Positions 1 through 8,250 of a DNA stretch of 64,000 bases are shown piece by piece; within the stretch, counting starts at the first letter, position 1; every line of letters begins with the position of its first letter. This stretch comes from a virus. The stretch spans positions 2,320 to 66,319 of the IMG/VR virus record IMGVR_UViG_3300009537_001827. One strand, 5' to 3'. The position numbers and the translations under genes are program-made. The notes beneath the pieces were generated by a model. The model worked only from the letters and a program-made list of their open reading frames with translations, searched no databases and was not told the origin of the DNA.

Positions 1-257
1 TACTCACCCACCCCCTCCAATTCTCTAAGGAACTCCCGCAGTCGAACGGGCGTGAGTTCCGGGTCGTCATCGAGATCCGAGAGATCGGGAAGCTCCTCGC
101 TCGCCAGCCTCGCGATCCCCAAGAACGAGATCGGTGTCACGAACGTTAGCGCCTTCCCACCATAACCCCAGAGCAATCCGATGCCGGGGAACTGGTAGAT
201 CGTGAAAGCGAGCGCCAGCACAACGATGCACCACACCATGAACCAGCTAACTCTCAT
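1..257 (-). CDS. Small membrane protein, runs to the window edge
   Basis: Manual translation from ATG 257: MRVSWFMVWCIVVLALAFTIYQFPGIGLLWGYGG...ELEGVGE; hydrophobic N-terminus; not in the ORF track. Confidence 0.6.
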   Translation of the reverse strand, partial: MRVSWFMVWCIVVLALAFTIYQFPGIGLLWGYGGKALTFVTPISFLGIARLASEELPDLSDLDDDPELTPVRLREFLRELEGVGE

Positions 258-543
258 CCTGCTCACCTCGCCTCCTGTCTGTTTTCCTTCGCCGGGGGAG
301 TGGCGCGAGGATATCCTTTCGCTCCGTGAATCGTTCGAGCCACTGCGTCGTCTTCGCCTCGTCACAGTGGCACCTTCTCCGCTCAAGAGGGGTCACCGTT
401 CGGGGAACGCTCTTCGGCGGGTAGCCACACCTTCGGCACATCTTCCACTTTCCACACGGGCACTTCTTGAGAGGCTCCCCGCATCTCAGGCAGAAACCCT
501 CCTTACCCCGGTCCTTATCCTCAGCCCTGCGACCAGTCATCAC
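247..543 (-). CDS. Cys-rich hypothetical protein
   Basis: CLRC, CPC, CRRC, CHC motifs; overlaps neighbouring genes. Confidence 0.5.
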   Translation of the reverse strand: MMTGRRAEDKDRGKEGFCLRCGEPLKKCPCGKWKMCRRCGYPPKSVPRTVTPLERRRCHCDEAKTTQWLERFTERKDILAPLPRRRKTDRRRGEQDES

Positions 544-923
544 TTCTGGCTCTCCAACATCGCCCGCGTGAGTTCTCTCGACTCATCGTTACCGACGAAG
601 AAGATGCCGAAGTGCTCTTTGTGTCCAACACCTCCGGCGATCACCGCCCACGCTGAACAAGGGCACCCACCTTCTTCCTCGATCTCTTCGATCTCCTCGT
701 TCTGCTCTTCGGCAGCTTCCCTCGACAGGAACCCGATCTGCTCCCCATCAGGCCCGAGAACTTGCACCGCGTTCGGGTCGTACTCGTTCTCCGGGTCCCG
801 CTTCAGGATCGCGAGGAACGGTTTCCTGCCAACCTGCTCGAACAGCTTGCGGATCACATCCTGTCGAAAGCTCTCACCGACGACAGGGGGAATCTGCTGC
901 CACAGAATGACCTGAGTCTCCAT
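540..923 (-). CDS. Stand-alone HIRAN domain protein
   Basis: VVGESFRQ...LKRDPENEYDPNAVQV...IGFLSRE matches HIRAN motifs (VxG, L.REP.N.YD.NAV.V, IGY/F). Confidence 0.85.
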   Translation of the reverse strand: METQVILWQQIPPVVGESFRQDVIRKLFEQVGRKPFLAILKRDPENEYDPNAVQVLGPDGEQIGFLSREAAEEQNEEIEEIEEEGGCPCSAWAVIAGGVGHKEHFGIFFVGNDESRELTRAMLESQK

Positions 924-931
924 CTCATGCC

Positions 932-1330
932 CTAACCCTTCGTACAGGCGATCAGCCCTTCCTCCGAGGTCGTGACGCTCTGCTCCTCACCAACGCGAAC
1001 TTCGCACCGGTAATCCACCGAGCTACTGGAGTAGGTGGCCGCAGCTTCGTATCCTGTCTCTGACGCACCTGTGATGCTGATCGACACGGGGACACCTCCC
1101 ACGCTGCTGTAAGTCACATCGAGCAACTCGGCCAGACTCGCGTACCGCAAATGCGTCGAGTAGAACGACTCCTGCTGAATCATCAGGTTCTTAAGGTCCG
1201 ATGTCAGCGAAGCCAGTATCGCCCGCTCCTTGTGGTTCCTCAAGCTCGGCAACGCGATGAGCGCCAGCAGTCCGATGATGACGACCGCGATCAGAAGCTC
1301 GATCAGCGTGAACCCTCTCAGCTTCTTCAT
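932..1330 (-). CDS. Type IV pilin (PilA/PilE-like)
   Basis: Class III signal MKKLRG/FTLIELLIAVVIIGLLALIALP with E5; C-terminal Cys pair; GGAGG RBS before ATG 1330. Confidence 0.92.
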   Translation of the reverse strand: MKKLRGFTLIELLIAVVIIGLLALIALPSLRNHKERAILASLTSDLKNLMIQQESFYSTHLRYASLAELLDVTYSSVGGVPVSISITGASETGYEAAATYSSSSVDYRCEVRVGEEQSVTTSEEGLIACTKG

Positions 1331-1342
1331 TCGGCCCTCCAA

Positions 1343-1675
1343 TTAACCTAGTGAGGCGGCGAGAAACTTCTCCCGAAGAGTTTTGAACTCTTCGGGTCCC
1401 GACAATACATTGAGGACAAGATCAAGTTCCTCCCTCGTCAGAGCCACCTGATAGCAGAACAGACTCACATCGAGGATCTCGACCTTCAATCCGAGATGGG
1501 CAAACGCGTGGAAGTCCGTCTGTTCGATCCACAGGTCCCACTCCCCACCGTTCCACAGATTGTCGGCCACATCCTTCGCCCACTTGAGGTCACTGTGAGT
1601 CGCCTGTCTGATCGCCTTGATCGCGTCGATCTTCCGCCCACAGATTCCCTTGGTAAGACGCACTGATCTCTTCAT
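1343..1675 (-). CDS. Ribosomal protein bL12 (L7/L12) C-terminal-domain-like protein
   Basis: KIDAIKAIRQATHSDLKWAKDVAD resembles the bL12 CTD motif KIxVIKxVRxxTGLGLKEAKDLVE. Confidence 0.7.
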   Translation of the reverse strand: MKRSVRLTKGICGRKIDAIKAIRQATHSDLKWAKDVADNLWNGGEWDLWIEQTDFHAFAHLGLKVEILDVSLFCYQVALTREELDLVLNVLSGPEEFKTLREKFLAASLG

Positions 1676-1734
1676 TCTACCCTCCAAAATGCCCAGAAAC
1701 CGGCCAAATTCGCCGCCTGAGAGCGTTTCTATCC

Positions 1735-1929
1735 CTAGACGCCTTCCTGCCCGCCAGACGGGCTCTCAGGCCCTCCAGCGCGATTCCGCTGATCGAGGGT
1801 CTCCATCCTGAAAGCCAGCGCCAACACCATGCCCGCCACGGCCAGAAGCGGCTCCCAGAACAGCCACGACAGAAAGACCGCCAACCCCGCTGCGAAAACC
1901 CACACGCCCATCATGAATGTGAACCTCAT
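1735..1929 (-). CDS. Small two-TM membrane protein
   Basis: Two hydrophobic stretches; purine-rich RBS before ATG 1929. Confidence 0.6.
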   Translation of the reverse strand: MRFTFMMGVWVFAAGLAVFLSWLFWEPLLAVAGMVLALAFRMETLDQRNRAGGPESPSGGQEGV

Positions 1930-1971
1930 CTCTCGCTCCTTCCCCTCCTGTAACGCCAACCCTTCCGAATT

Positions 1972-2056
1972 CGTAGCAGGAGCGGGCCAGCCGGTCTACA
2001 CTGGCGCTGTCGAGGGCGACCGCGATGAGCCCTCCAGACTACACGCTCCTGCCACG
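1972..2056 (-). ncRNA. Candidate structured RNA: three-way junction with kissing loops
   Basis: 13-bp closing stem CGUGGCAGGAGCG/CGCUCCUGCUACG (G-U pair only on minus strand); inner hairpins GAGGGC/GCCCUC and GCCAG/CUGGC; loops carry complementary CGGUC and GACCG. Confidence 0.5.
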
Positions 2057-2061
2057 CCCTC

Positions 2062-3822
2062 CTACCAGCCGGGCCGAAAATTTAGCTGCCGGACATACCC
2101 CACGTTCGGAGTCGCCGGAGGCAACTTCGTCGGGTCCTCGAACATCGTGTCGAAGCCCCAATCCCGATCCGGCGGACTGTAGTACGTCCCGTTCCACGTC
2201 CCGGTCGCGATCCTCGAATCGAAGAGGCTCACCAGCGAGCCACGATATCGGAACGTCACGCTCGACCAGTTTTCGAGGAACCGGGGGAAGTTCTCGATCC
2301 CGCCCGAGTACCAGTTGTTGTAGTACGAGTTCGACCCATCCGCCGCGCAATCCGCATCGTACCAGTCGCACGGAGTCGGGACCATCCCCGACATAACCGC
2401 CGCGTTCACGGTCGTCAGCGATGCCGCGCTCCTGTAGCCCGACGAACCGCTCGCTCCCCACGACACGCATCCGAACGGTCCGGACACGCCATCCCACAGA
2501 TTGCAGATGTGCCGGGCATCGACCCACGCGTTGCTCAGGAACGTCACCGCATCCGCGATGATCGCCGCAGGCTTCTTGTTCACGGAGTTGAAGTCACCCC
2601 GGATGTAGATCGGCCTGTCGGTCGCTACCGTAATCGGTCGAGGAAGCTCCGCCGCGTTGTGCAGTCGGATCACCGGGTACACGCCATCGCCACTCGGGTC
2701 CATCCCGCCAAGAACCTGAGGCACGATGAACTCGAAGTAGACGACATCGACTTCCGGATTCTCATCCATCAGCGTCTTTAGGTCGATGTCCATTACGTCC
2801 ACATATCGACGCTCGCGCCCATCGTAGAACGCCTCCCAATCGTACAGGACCGCCTCCTCGCACTTCTTCGGCTTCGCGTTCGCCACCTCGCAGACCATCT
2901 TCGAGGCAAGCTCGCTGATATCCACGAAGACGTAGAGGTCCGCTTTCCAAGCGTACTTCACCCGACGAGCCCGCTCGCTGTCCGCGTCATCCTTCGGCGC
3001 AATCACCTCGTAAGGCAATACGCCATCCGGCAACGGAACCTTGAGCGAATCCACGTCGAACGCACCAGTCATCACCCGGCAGTCGAATCGGTCGCAACTC
3101 TTCGTCTTGAACGCCTCCGCACCCGGAGTGTCCCGACTGTCGAAGTCAAGCGCGATCTCACTCCCACCCGCATCGTTGATATAGACCCCGTTGTTGACAT
3201 CGTTGAAGTCCTTCCGGTTGTGAATCAACCGGTTCGGGGTCGTCAGGATGCTCCTGTACCAAGCGTTGTCGCTCGATAGATACAGGTTCCCGTTCGAGTG
3301 AACCCGACCAATGAACTCCATCGGCGGACCGTTCGTTGCTTCGAGGTCGCCCTCGAAGAAGACTCCAAACTGGAAGATGGGGATCGCCTGAGCCTTCGCT
3401 CCCAAATACACGGCATCCCGATTCCCCATCGCATCGGACGCCTCGGAGTACACGTCCACTTTCTGCGTAAGCGCATAGAGACCCGCATACTCCCCATCGG
3501 TCAGCGTTTCGACCGTCACGCCACCGACCGGACGGACGGTGAACGAGTCGTAGTCGAAGACCTCGAACGCCGGATCGGTCGGAGGACGGATAGATGCCGC
3601 CTCAGCCGAATCGAGTGCCCCATCTTCGAGCGCCACCTCGATCTGCGCCAGAGCCGCTTCCGCTCCCGCTTCCGCCGCCAGAGCAACCCGATGCGCCTGC
3701 CTATCGAACGTCTGCGCCCGTGCCGACAGAATCGCTGCCTGCACAGCGAACACCATCAGCACAGACAACAACCCCAACGTCAGGATCGTCGCGACCAGTG
3801 CCAGCCCCTTCTCGTTCCTCAT
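2062..3822 (-). CDS. PilX-like minor pilin with large C-terminal (putative tip/adhesin) domain
   Basis: MRNEKG/LALVATILTLGLL class III signal lacking E5, then ALAAEAGAE helix typical of PilX N-termini; last gene of the minor pilin cluster. Confidence 0.85.
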   Translation of the reverse strand: MRNEKGLALVATILTLGLLSVLMVFAVQAAILSARAQTFDRQAHRVALAAEAGAEAALAQIEVALEDGALDSAEAASIRPPTDPAFEVFDYDSFTVRPVGGVTVETLTDGEYAGLYALTQKVDVYSEASDAMGNRDAVYLGAKAQAIPIFQFGVFFEGDLEATNGPPMEFIGRVHSNGNLYLSSDNAWYRSILTTPNRLIHNRKDFNDVNNGVYINDAGGSEIALDFDSRDTPGAEAFKTKSCDRFDCRVMTGAFDVDSLKVPLPDGVLPYEVIAPKDDADSERARRVKYAWKADLYVFVDISELASKMVCEVANAKPKKCEEAVLYDWEAFYDGRERRYVDVMDIDLKTLMDENPEVDVVYFEFIVPQVLGGMDPSGDGVYPVIRLHNAAELPRPITVATDRPIYIRGDFNSVNKKPAAIIADAVTFLSNAWVDARHICNLWDGVSGPFGCVSWGASGSSGYRSAASLTTVNAAVMSGMVPTPCDWYDADCAADGSNSYYNNWYSGGIENFPRFLENWSSVTFRYRGSLVSLFDSRIATGTWNGTYYSPPDRDWGFDTMFEDPTKLPPATPNVGYVRQLNFRPGW

Positions 3823-4727
3823 CGGTTCCTCGCATATCTCAGGTTACGGGGAGCCACGAACCACTCGAAGTCCCGAGCGAATAGGCTCCCGTTGCTCACT
3901 CGCTGATCCGCCCTGTCGGCGGACAACCGGACGTTGATTCTCACGCCAATCACGTCATCGTAATCGTTGAAGACATCTGCATCGTTCGGATTCGCAGCGG
4001 AAGCTTCTCTTCCATCCGCGAACACGAAGTTGACATCGAACGCCTGTACTCCAAACGCCACGATCTCTCCCGCAAGAGACCCGTCCGCGTTCAGCCTCTC
4101 TGCCCGCATCAGAGTCGAGTCCGATACGTAGTAGATGATGGGCTCGATCTCCTGCACGAACGTCTCGAACCGGTCAAGCAGCAGTCCGCCCGACAGACCC
4201 GCCGGATAACCGATTAGCGAATCCGCTGCCGTGAAGCTCAACTGTACGCTCCCCGCTGAATGCTGCACATCGCTGACGAGGATCAGCCGTCGAGTCCCCG
4301 ACACCTGCAATCGCGCCAGCGAGCCCGGCAGGATCTCGAATGTGCTGTCGCTCTTCAATAGATCGAGACACCGCGAGCCGCACGTTCCTCCCGGAGACAA
4401 CGGATTGTCGCTTCCACCCGGGGGCAGCAGATCGTAAGGCAACGCCGCAGCGGGACGATGCGGGATCTGCAAAATGACAATCGTGTCGCCTCTCAGAGAG
4501 AGGACGCCGAAGACCGGAGTGCTCTCGATGCCAACACCCGCCCGCTGGAGGTCACGCGCCAAACTCACGTTGACGTATCTCGCGTTCCGGTAGACCTCAT
4601 CACGGATCATCTGCGCCTCGACTATCCGAGTCTGGTTGATAGCGAACGCCACCGCACCCGACAGGACGACAAGCCCGACGATCATCGCGATCAGGAGTTC
4701 GACCAAAGTGAATCCCTTGTTCTTCAT
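3819..4727 (-). CDS. PilW-like minor pilin
   Basis: MKNKG/FTLVELLIAMIVGLVVL, LARDLQRAG motif, C-terminal APRN. Confidence 0.88.
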   Translation of the reverse strand: MKNKGFTLVELLIAMIVGLVVLSGAVAFAINQTRIVEAQMIRDEVYRNARYVNVSLARDLQRAGVGIESTPVFGVLSLRGDTIVILQIPHRPAAALPYDLLPPGGSDNPLSPGGTCGSRCLDLLKSDSTFEILPGSLARLQVSGTRRLILVSDVQHSAGSVQLSFTAADSLIGYPAGLSGGLLLDRFETFVQEIEPIIYYVSDSTLMRAERLNADGSLAGEIVAFGVQAFDVNFVFADGREASAANPNDADVFNDYDDVIGVRINVRLSADRADQRVSNGSLFARDFEWFVAPRNLRYARNR

Positions 4728-4740
4728 GCACTCACCCCCT

Positions 4741-5157
4741 CTATGATGTCGATGAAGCGTAGACAAGACTCACGAAACTCGACTGCCGTTCGCGGCCCCC
4801 CACGGAGTACGAGACACGCACGGTGACCCGATGGAGAAACTTCGCGTCGATCTCGTCGCCGTCCACGACACGCCTCGCCTGCTCCACGATCAGAGTCCGG
4901 ACGAATGCGCCGCTCTCCGATTCATCACCCGACTCATCGACCCGAACCGGGGACTCGCTCACGAGAGTCCTAGGGTCCCGGGTCAGGATCTCTTCCATGT
5001 ACCCACCGGCAATGACATCCGCCATCACCCGCAGATCCGTTCTGCTCTCCAACTGCTGCGCCCTGAGCAACGCCTGCGATAGGGCCAGCACTCCGAACCC
5101 CATCAGGACCATCGCCACGAGGACGGACAGTAGGGAGAAACCTTCTCGCCTTCTCAT
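4741..5157 (-). CDS. PilV-like minor pilin
   Basis: MRRREG/FSLLSVLVAMVLMGFGVLAL; C-terminal HRVTVRVSY; lies between FimT-like and PilW-like genes. Confidence 0.82.
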   Translation of the reverse strand: MRRREGFSLLSVLVAMVLMGFGVLALSQALLRAQQLESRTDLRVMADVIAGGYMEEILTRDPRTLVSESPVRVDESGDESESGAFVRTLIVEQARRVVDGDEIDAKFLHRVTVRVSYSVGGRERQSSFVSLVYASSTS

Positions 5158-5645
5158 CGCCAGCCCTCCCCTGTGAACGTCCACGCCTTGAACGACCCGG
5201 ACCCAGCGACCGTGACCGCCGAATTCGCCCCGCCATTCCCCAGATAGACCACGCCTCTCGTGCCCCTAGGCACGGGCAGTCCCCGAGCGTCAAATTTGAC
5301 CTCTGAGCCCTCGAACGTGACCGGGCCGCCTGCCGGATAGCCGGGGAGCGGAGAAACGCCGTCAGATGCGAATTCTGCCCCGTTCCCGAGGCTCATGACA
5401 CTGACCAGACTGTCAGACAGGAACGTCGAAACCCTCCCATCCGAGCCGAACGTCACGCGGACCTCCTTCTTCCTCGACATCGCCAGCGAGCGAGCCGCTT
5501 CGAGACTCCGGACGAGGACCCTCGCCTCCCCCCTGAGCTTCGCCTGCGGGCTCATCCTCAGCTTCGGAATCGCAAGCGAGGAGATCACGCCGAACAGAAC
5601 GACGACGATGACCATCTCGATCAGGGTGAATCCCTTCGTATTCAA
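5154..5645 (-). CDS. FimT/FimU (GspH-like) minor pilin
   Basis: MNTKG/FTLIEMVIVVVLFGVISSLAIP; ARSLAMSR helix and VKFDARG motif of the FimT/GspH family. Confidence 0.88.
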   Translation of the reverse strand: MNTKGFTLIEMVIVVVLFGVISSLAIPKLRMSPQAKLRGEARVLVRSLEAARSLAMSRKKEVRVTFGSDGRVSTFLSDSLVSVMSLGNGAEFASDGVSPLPGYPAGGPVTFEGSEVKFDARGLPVPRGTRGVVYLGNGGANSAVTVAGSGSFKAWTFTGEGWR

Positions 5646-5690
5646 TCTTCCACCTCCATCTTCTATATAACGGTACCCGTCAAAGATTCC

Positions 5691-5930
5691 CTACATGTCG
5701 TCCGGCACATGAGTCGCCACGCGCAATTCGCGTTTCCGCGCCCGGAAGACCGGACCGACACCATCCTCGTAAACTCTCTCGATGATCTCTCCGCGCTCCA
5801 GCTTCTCGACCTCAGTCATTGGGAAGGTGAAGATCATCGAGATGACCTTGACGAGACTGCCCCGGGTCGTCGCCTCCCATCCAGTCCCGGAATCCATCTC
5901 GTAGACATCGACATCTTCGTACTTCATCAT
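5691..5930 (-). CDS. Hypothetical protein
   Basis: GAGG RBS before ATG 5930; fills the gap between Ku and fimT-like genes. Confidence 0.55.
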   Translation of the reverse strand: MMKYEDVDVYEMDSGTGWEATTRGSLVKVISMIFTFPMTEVEKLERGEIIERVYEDGVGPVFRARKRELRVATHVPDDM

Positions 5931-5951
5931 ATCGCCTCTCAGCGAAAGGGA

Positions 5952-5997
5952 GGGAACCGCCGTCCCGGCACAATGGCCCGCCAAACGAGCGGTCCCC
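5952..5997 (-). terminator. GC-rich hairpin downstream of Ku (possible terminator or mRNA stabiliser)
   Basis: GGGGACCGC/GCGGUUCCC stem with imperfect extension; only a weak U tract. Confidence 0.4.
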
Positions 5998-6007
5998 ACC
6001 AGTGAAA

Positions 6008-6811
6008 TCACGCGGACGCGAGAGATGCCTTCAGCCTCTCGATCAGATCAGCCGTCTCCTGATCCTCGGCCTCCAACTTCGGCTCTTCGCCGCCGCTCTT
6101 CTGAGCCAGCACCGAGCGCAAACTCTTCGCGTACTCGCTCTCGTACCTGCTCGCATCGAACTCGTGGCGGTATTGCTCGATCAGCATCGCCAGCAGCGTG
6201 ACTTCATCCGTGTCAGCCACGTCCTGAAGGTCAATGCACTCCGTCTCGATGATCTCGCCGTACTCCATCACCTGCGCCACCAGCGTCCGGCCCTTCTCTC
6301 CAGAGTAAGGACGCAGGACAAGGATGTAATCCTTGCCCCGCGACACCCACGAGGCGAGAGCCACGACATCCATCTCGATCATCTTCTGCACCAACGCCGA
6401 CCACGCGAAGAGTCCGTTCCTCGCGCTCTTCTTCGGCGCGTCGAGATGCATCCAGTACGCCTGATCCGACAGGTAGATCGGATCGAGTTCGTCGGACCTC
6501 ACGAACTGCTCAATCACCAGCTTCTTCTCGTCGAGCCGAGCGCCCTTGAACTCCTCCTGAGAGAGAACGAGGTCGCCCTCCCCGTTGGCCTTCCCCTCCT
6601 CACCGTTCTCGAAAACGCGAACGAGATCGCCGTAGCTAACCTGATTCTGACACTCCGGGCAGAACCACGGACGCTCGATCTTCACGCCGCATCCCCTGTG
6701 CTCCATGTGCGAAGCCGGAGCCTCTTCGACATTCCGATGGACCTTCTCCATCCGGACCGGGCATCCGACGAGCCCGAACTCTAGCTGTCCCTTCCAAACG
6801 GTATGCGCCAC
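6008..6811 (-). CDS. ku: Ku DNA end-binding protein (prokaryotic NHEJ family)
   Basis: N-terminus TVWKGQLEFGLVGCPVRM, HxxC...CxxC insert, DPIYL, FDASRYESEY, DLIERLKASL C-terminus; GTG start with GGAGG RBS. Confidence 0.9.
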   Translation of the reverse strand: MAHTVWKGQLEFGLVGCPVRMEKVHRNVEEAPASHMEHRGCGVKIERPWFCPECQNQVSYGDLVRVFENGEEGKANGEGDLVLSQEEFKGARLDEKKLVIEQFVRSDELDPIYLSDQAYWMHLDAPKKSARNGLFAWSALVQKMIEMDVVALASWVSRGKDYILVLRPYSGEKGRTLVAQVMEYGEIIETECIDLQDVADTDEVTLLAMLIEQYRHEFDASRYESEYAKSLRSVLAQKSGGEEPKLEAEDQETADLIERLKASLASA

Positions 6812-6854
6812 TGTGAACCTCCAAGTTGAAACCGACTTTCTCGCGACTCTACAG

Positions 6855-6870
6855 AGCAATCGCCGTGCCA
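6855..6870 (-). promoter_or_regulatory. Sigma54 (-24/-12) promoter upstream of ku
   Basis: TGGCACGGCGATTGCT is an exact match to TGGCAC-N5-TTGCW, intergenic, 44 nt before the start codon. Confidence 0.75.
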
Positions 6871-7017
6871 CGAGAAATTCGGCTCTGTCGCTTGATTTTC
6901 TGCTGGCGGGGAACCACCAATTCGGTCAATCTGTTCAGCGGGCCAGAACTTTTTACCGACCGAACTGAGCGGGGCTGGACACTGGTCCTGCTCACAGTCT
7001 CTTATCTGGCCTATGGC

Positions 7018-7458
7018 TCATGGTTCCCTCCGAATCAGCCGGAGATCATCCCACCGCAGGACGTTCCACTCCGGGTCATCCGCCGACACCTGAAACGACG
7101 CCTCGATCACGTAGCTGAGATTCGGCAGGTTCACTTGTGAAGTGTGACGGATGATCGCCATCCATGTCCTGATGTCCGCCTCACACGTCAGAGACTCTAT
7201 CTCCGACCACTCGCTTCCCTCTCTTCGAATCTCGAACGCACACGTCGAGTCTTGAGCGATTTCGATATGGGCGTACACGAGTAAGCATACCTCATCAAAG
7301 CACACCTCCTGCGCCCCATCGCTGTGCCAGTAACCGAACCGGTCAGGCTCCAATGGAACCTCTTTCGGCTCGGTCATCGACTCACATCCGGACAACAACA
7401 AAGCGAAGAGGATGAAACCAAAGATGAACAGTACGAACCCCCACCTGCACTTAGTCAT
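7018..7458 (-). CDS. Lipoprotein
   Basis: Basic N-terminus, hydrophobic core, lipobox LSGC. Confidence 0.75.
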   Translation of the reverse strand: MTKCRWGFVLFIFGFILFALLLSGCESMTEPKEVPLEPDRFGYWHSDGAQEVCFDEVCLLVYAHIEIAQDSTCAFEIRREGSEWSEIESLTCEADIRTWMAIIRHTSQVNLPNLSYVIEASFQVSADDPEWNVLRWDDLRLIRREP

Positions 7459-7912
7459 CTTCGTCCTCCGGTTTAGAATTCTTATCCAACAGCTTCATCA
7501 GCTTCATCTTCATCGGCACGGGCCACCGCTCCATCGCGTCCTTGACCATCAGACGAACCTCTTCGACAGCCACGTTGTACTCCCGAGCCCGAACCCGGAA
7601 GACGATAGGAACGTCGAACTCATCCTCGCCAGTCTTCGCCTGAAGGTCCTTTCCCCGGGAGCGGTTCCTCGACCTCTGCTTCGCATCCGGGTCGGCTCTC
7701 GTAGTGATAGCGGGCTCGCATCCCGCGTGCCATACATCCTTCGTCTGCGGCGACCAGAAGATAGAGTCTTTGGGCTGAACCGACTGTCCGCACCCGGCAC
7801 ATGTGTCCGGATAAGACGCGGCTTTCGCAACCAGTCCACCGTCCCGCCTCTTCCCCTTGGGCTTCGCCGTCACTTTGCTCGGATCGAAACCGCCACCGTT
7901 CACATCGTCCAT
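7451..7912 (-). CDS. Hypothetical protein with CxxC...HxxC zinc-binding motif
   Basis: ASYPDTCAGC...WHAGC. Confidence 0.65.
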   Translation of the reverse strand: MDDVNGGGFDPSKVTAKPKGKRRDGGLVAKAASYPDTCAGCGQSVQPKDSIFWSPQTKDVWHAGCEPAITTRADPDAKQRSRNRSRGKDLQAKTGEDEFDVPIVFRVRAREYNVAVEEVRLMVKDAMERWPVPMKMKLMKLLDKNSKPEDEDD

Positions 7913-7946
7913 TGCTCACCTCCAACTGGTATAACGGCGAAAGGGG

Positions 7947-8222
7947 TTAATTCCCCAAGTACACGGTTTCGATCCGGCACGCCAGCGTCGAGTCAACCAC
8001 TGCCCAACTCGTCGCCCACTCACGAGCGTTCTCGTAAGCGTAGAAGTACATCTGCGTCTCGTCGCGGACCTGACCTTCCGAGTACGTACACTCAACATTC
8101 CACCGCTCAATCAAACGCGGCTGGATGACCTGCCCAACCACCAGCGGCAAGATCATCGCCACAACGAACAGGAACGAGGCCCTCTTCAGGACCAGCTTCT
8201 CATGCTTCGTCAGTCTCTTCAA
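7947..8222 (-). CDS. Small membrane-anchored protein
   Basis: Single N-terminal TM; GGAGG RBS. Confidence 0.55.
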   Translation of the reverse strand: MKRLTKHEKLVLKRASFLFVVAMILPLVVGQVIQPRLIERWNVECTYSEGQVRDETQMYFYAYENAREWATSWAVVDSTLACRIETVYLGN

Positions 8223-8250
8223 TTTCCAAGCCCTCCTAGTTGTGTAAATC

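Noticed and set aside
29-60. T-loop-like hairpin GGAACTC...GTTCGACT...GAGTTCC
   Set aside because: Lies inside the minus-strand CDS 1..257 and the T-stem is imperfect
5660-5690. TTGACG...TTATATAG upstream of the fimT-like gene as a sigma70 promoter
   Set aside because: Spacing between candidate -35 and -10 is only about 8-10 nt; it may be a promoter of another type but I cannot support a call
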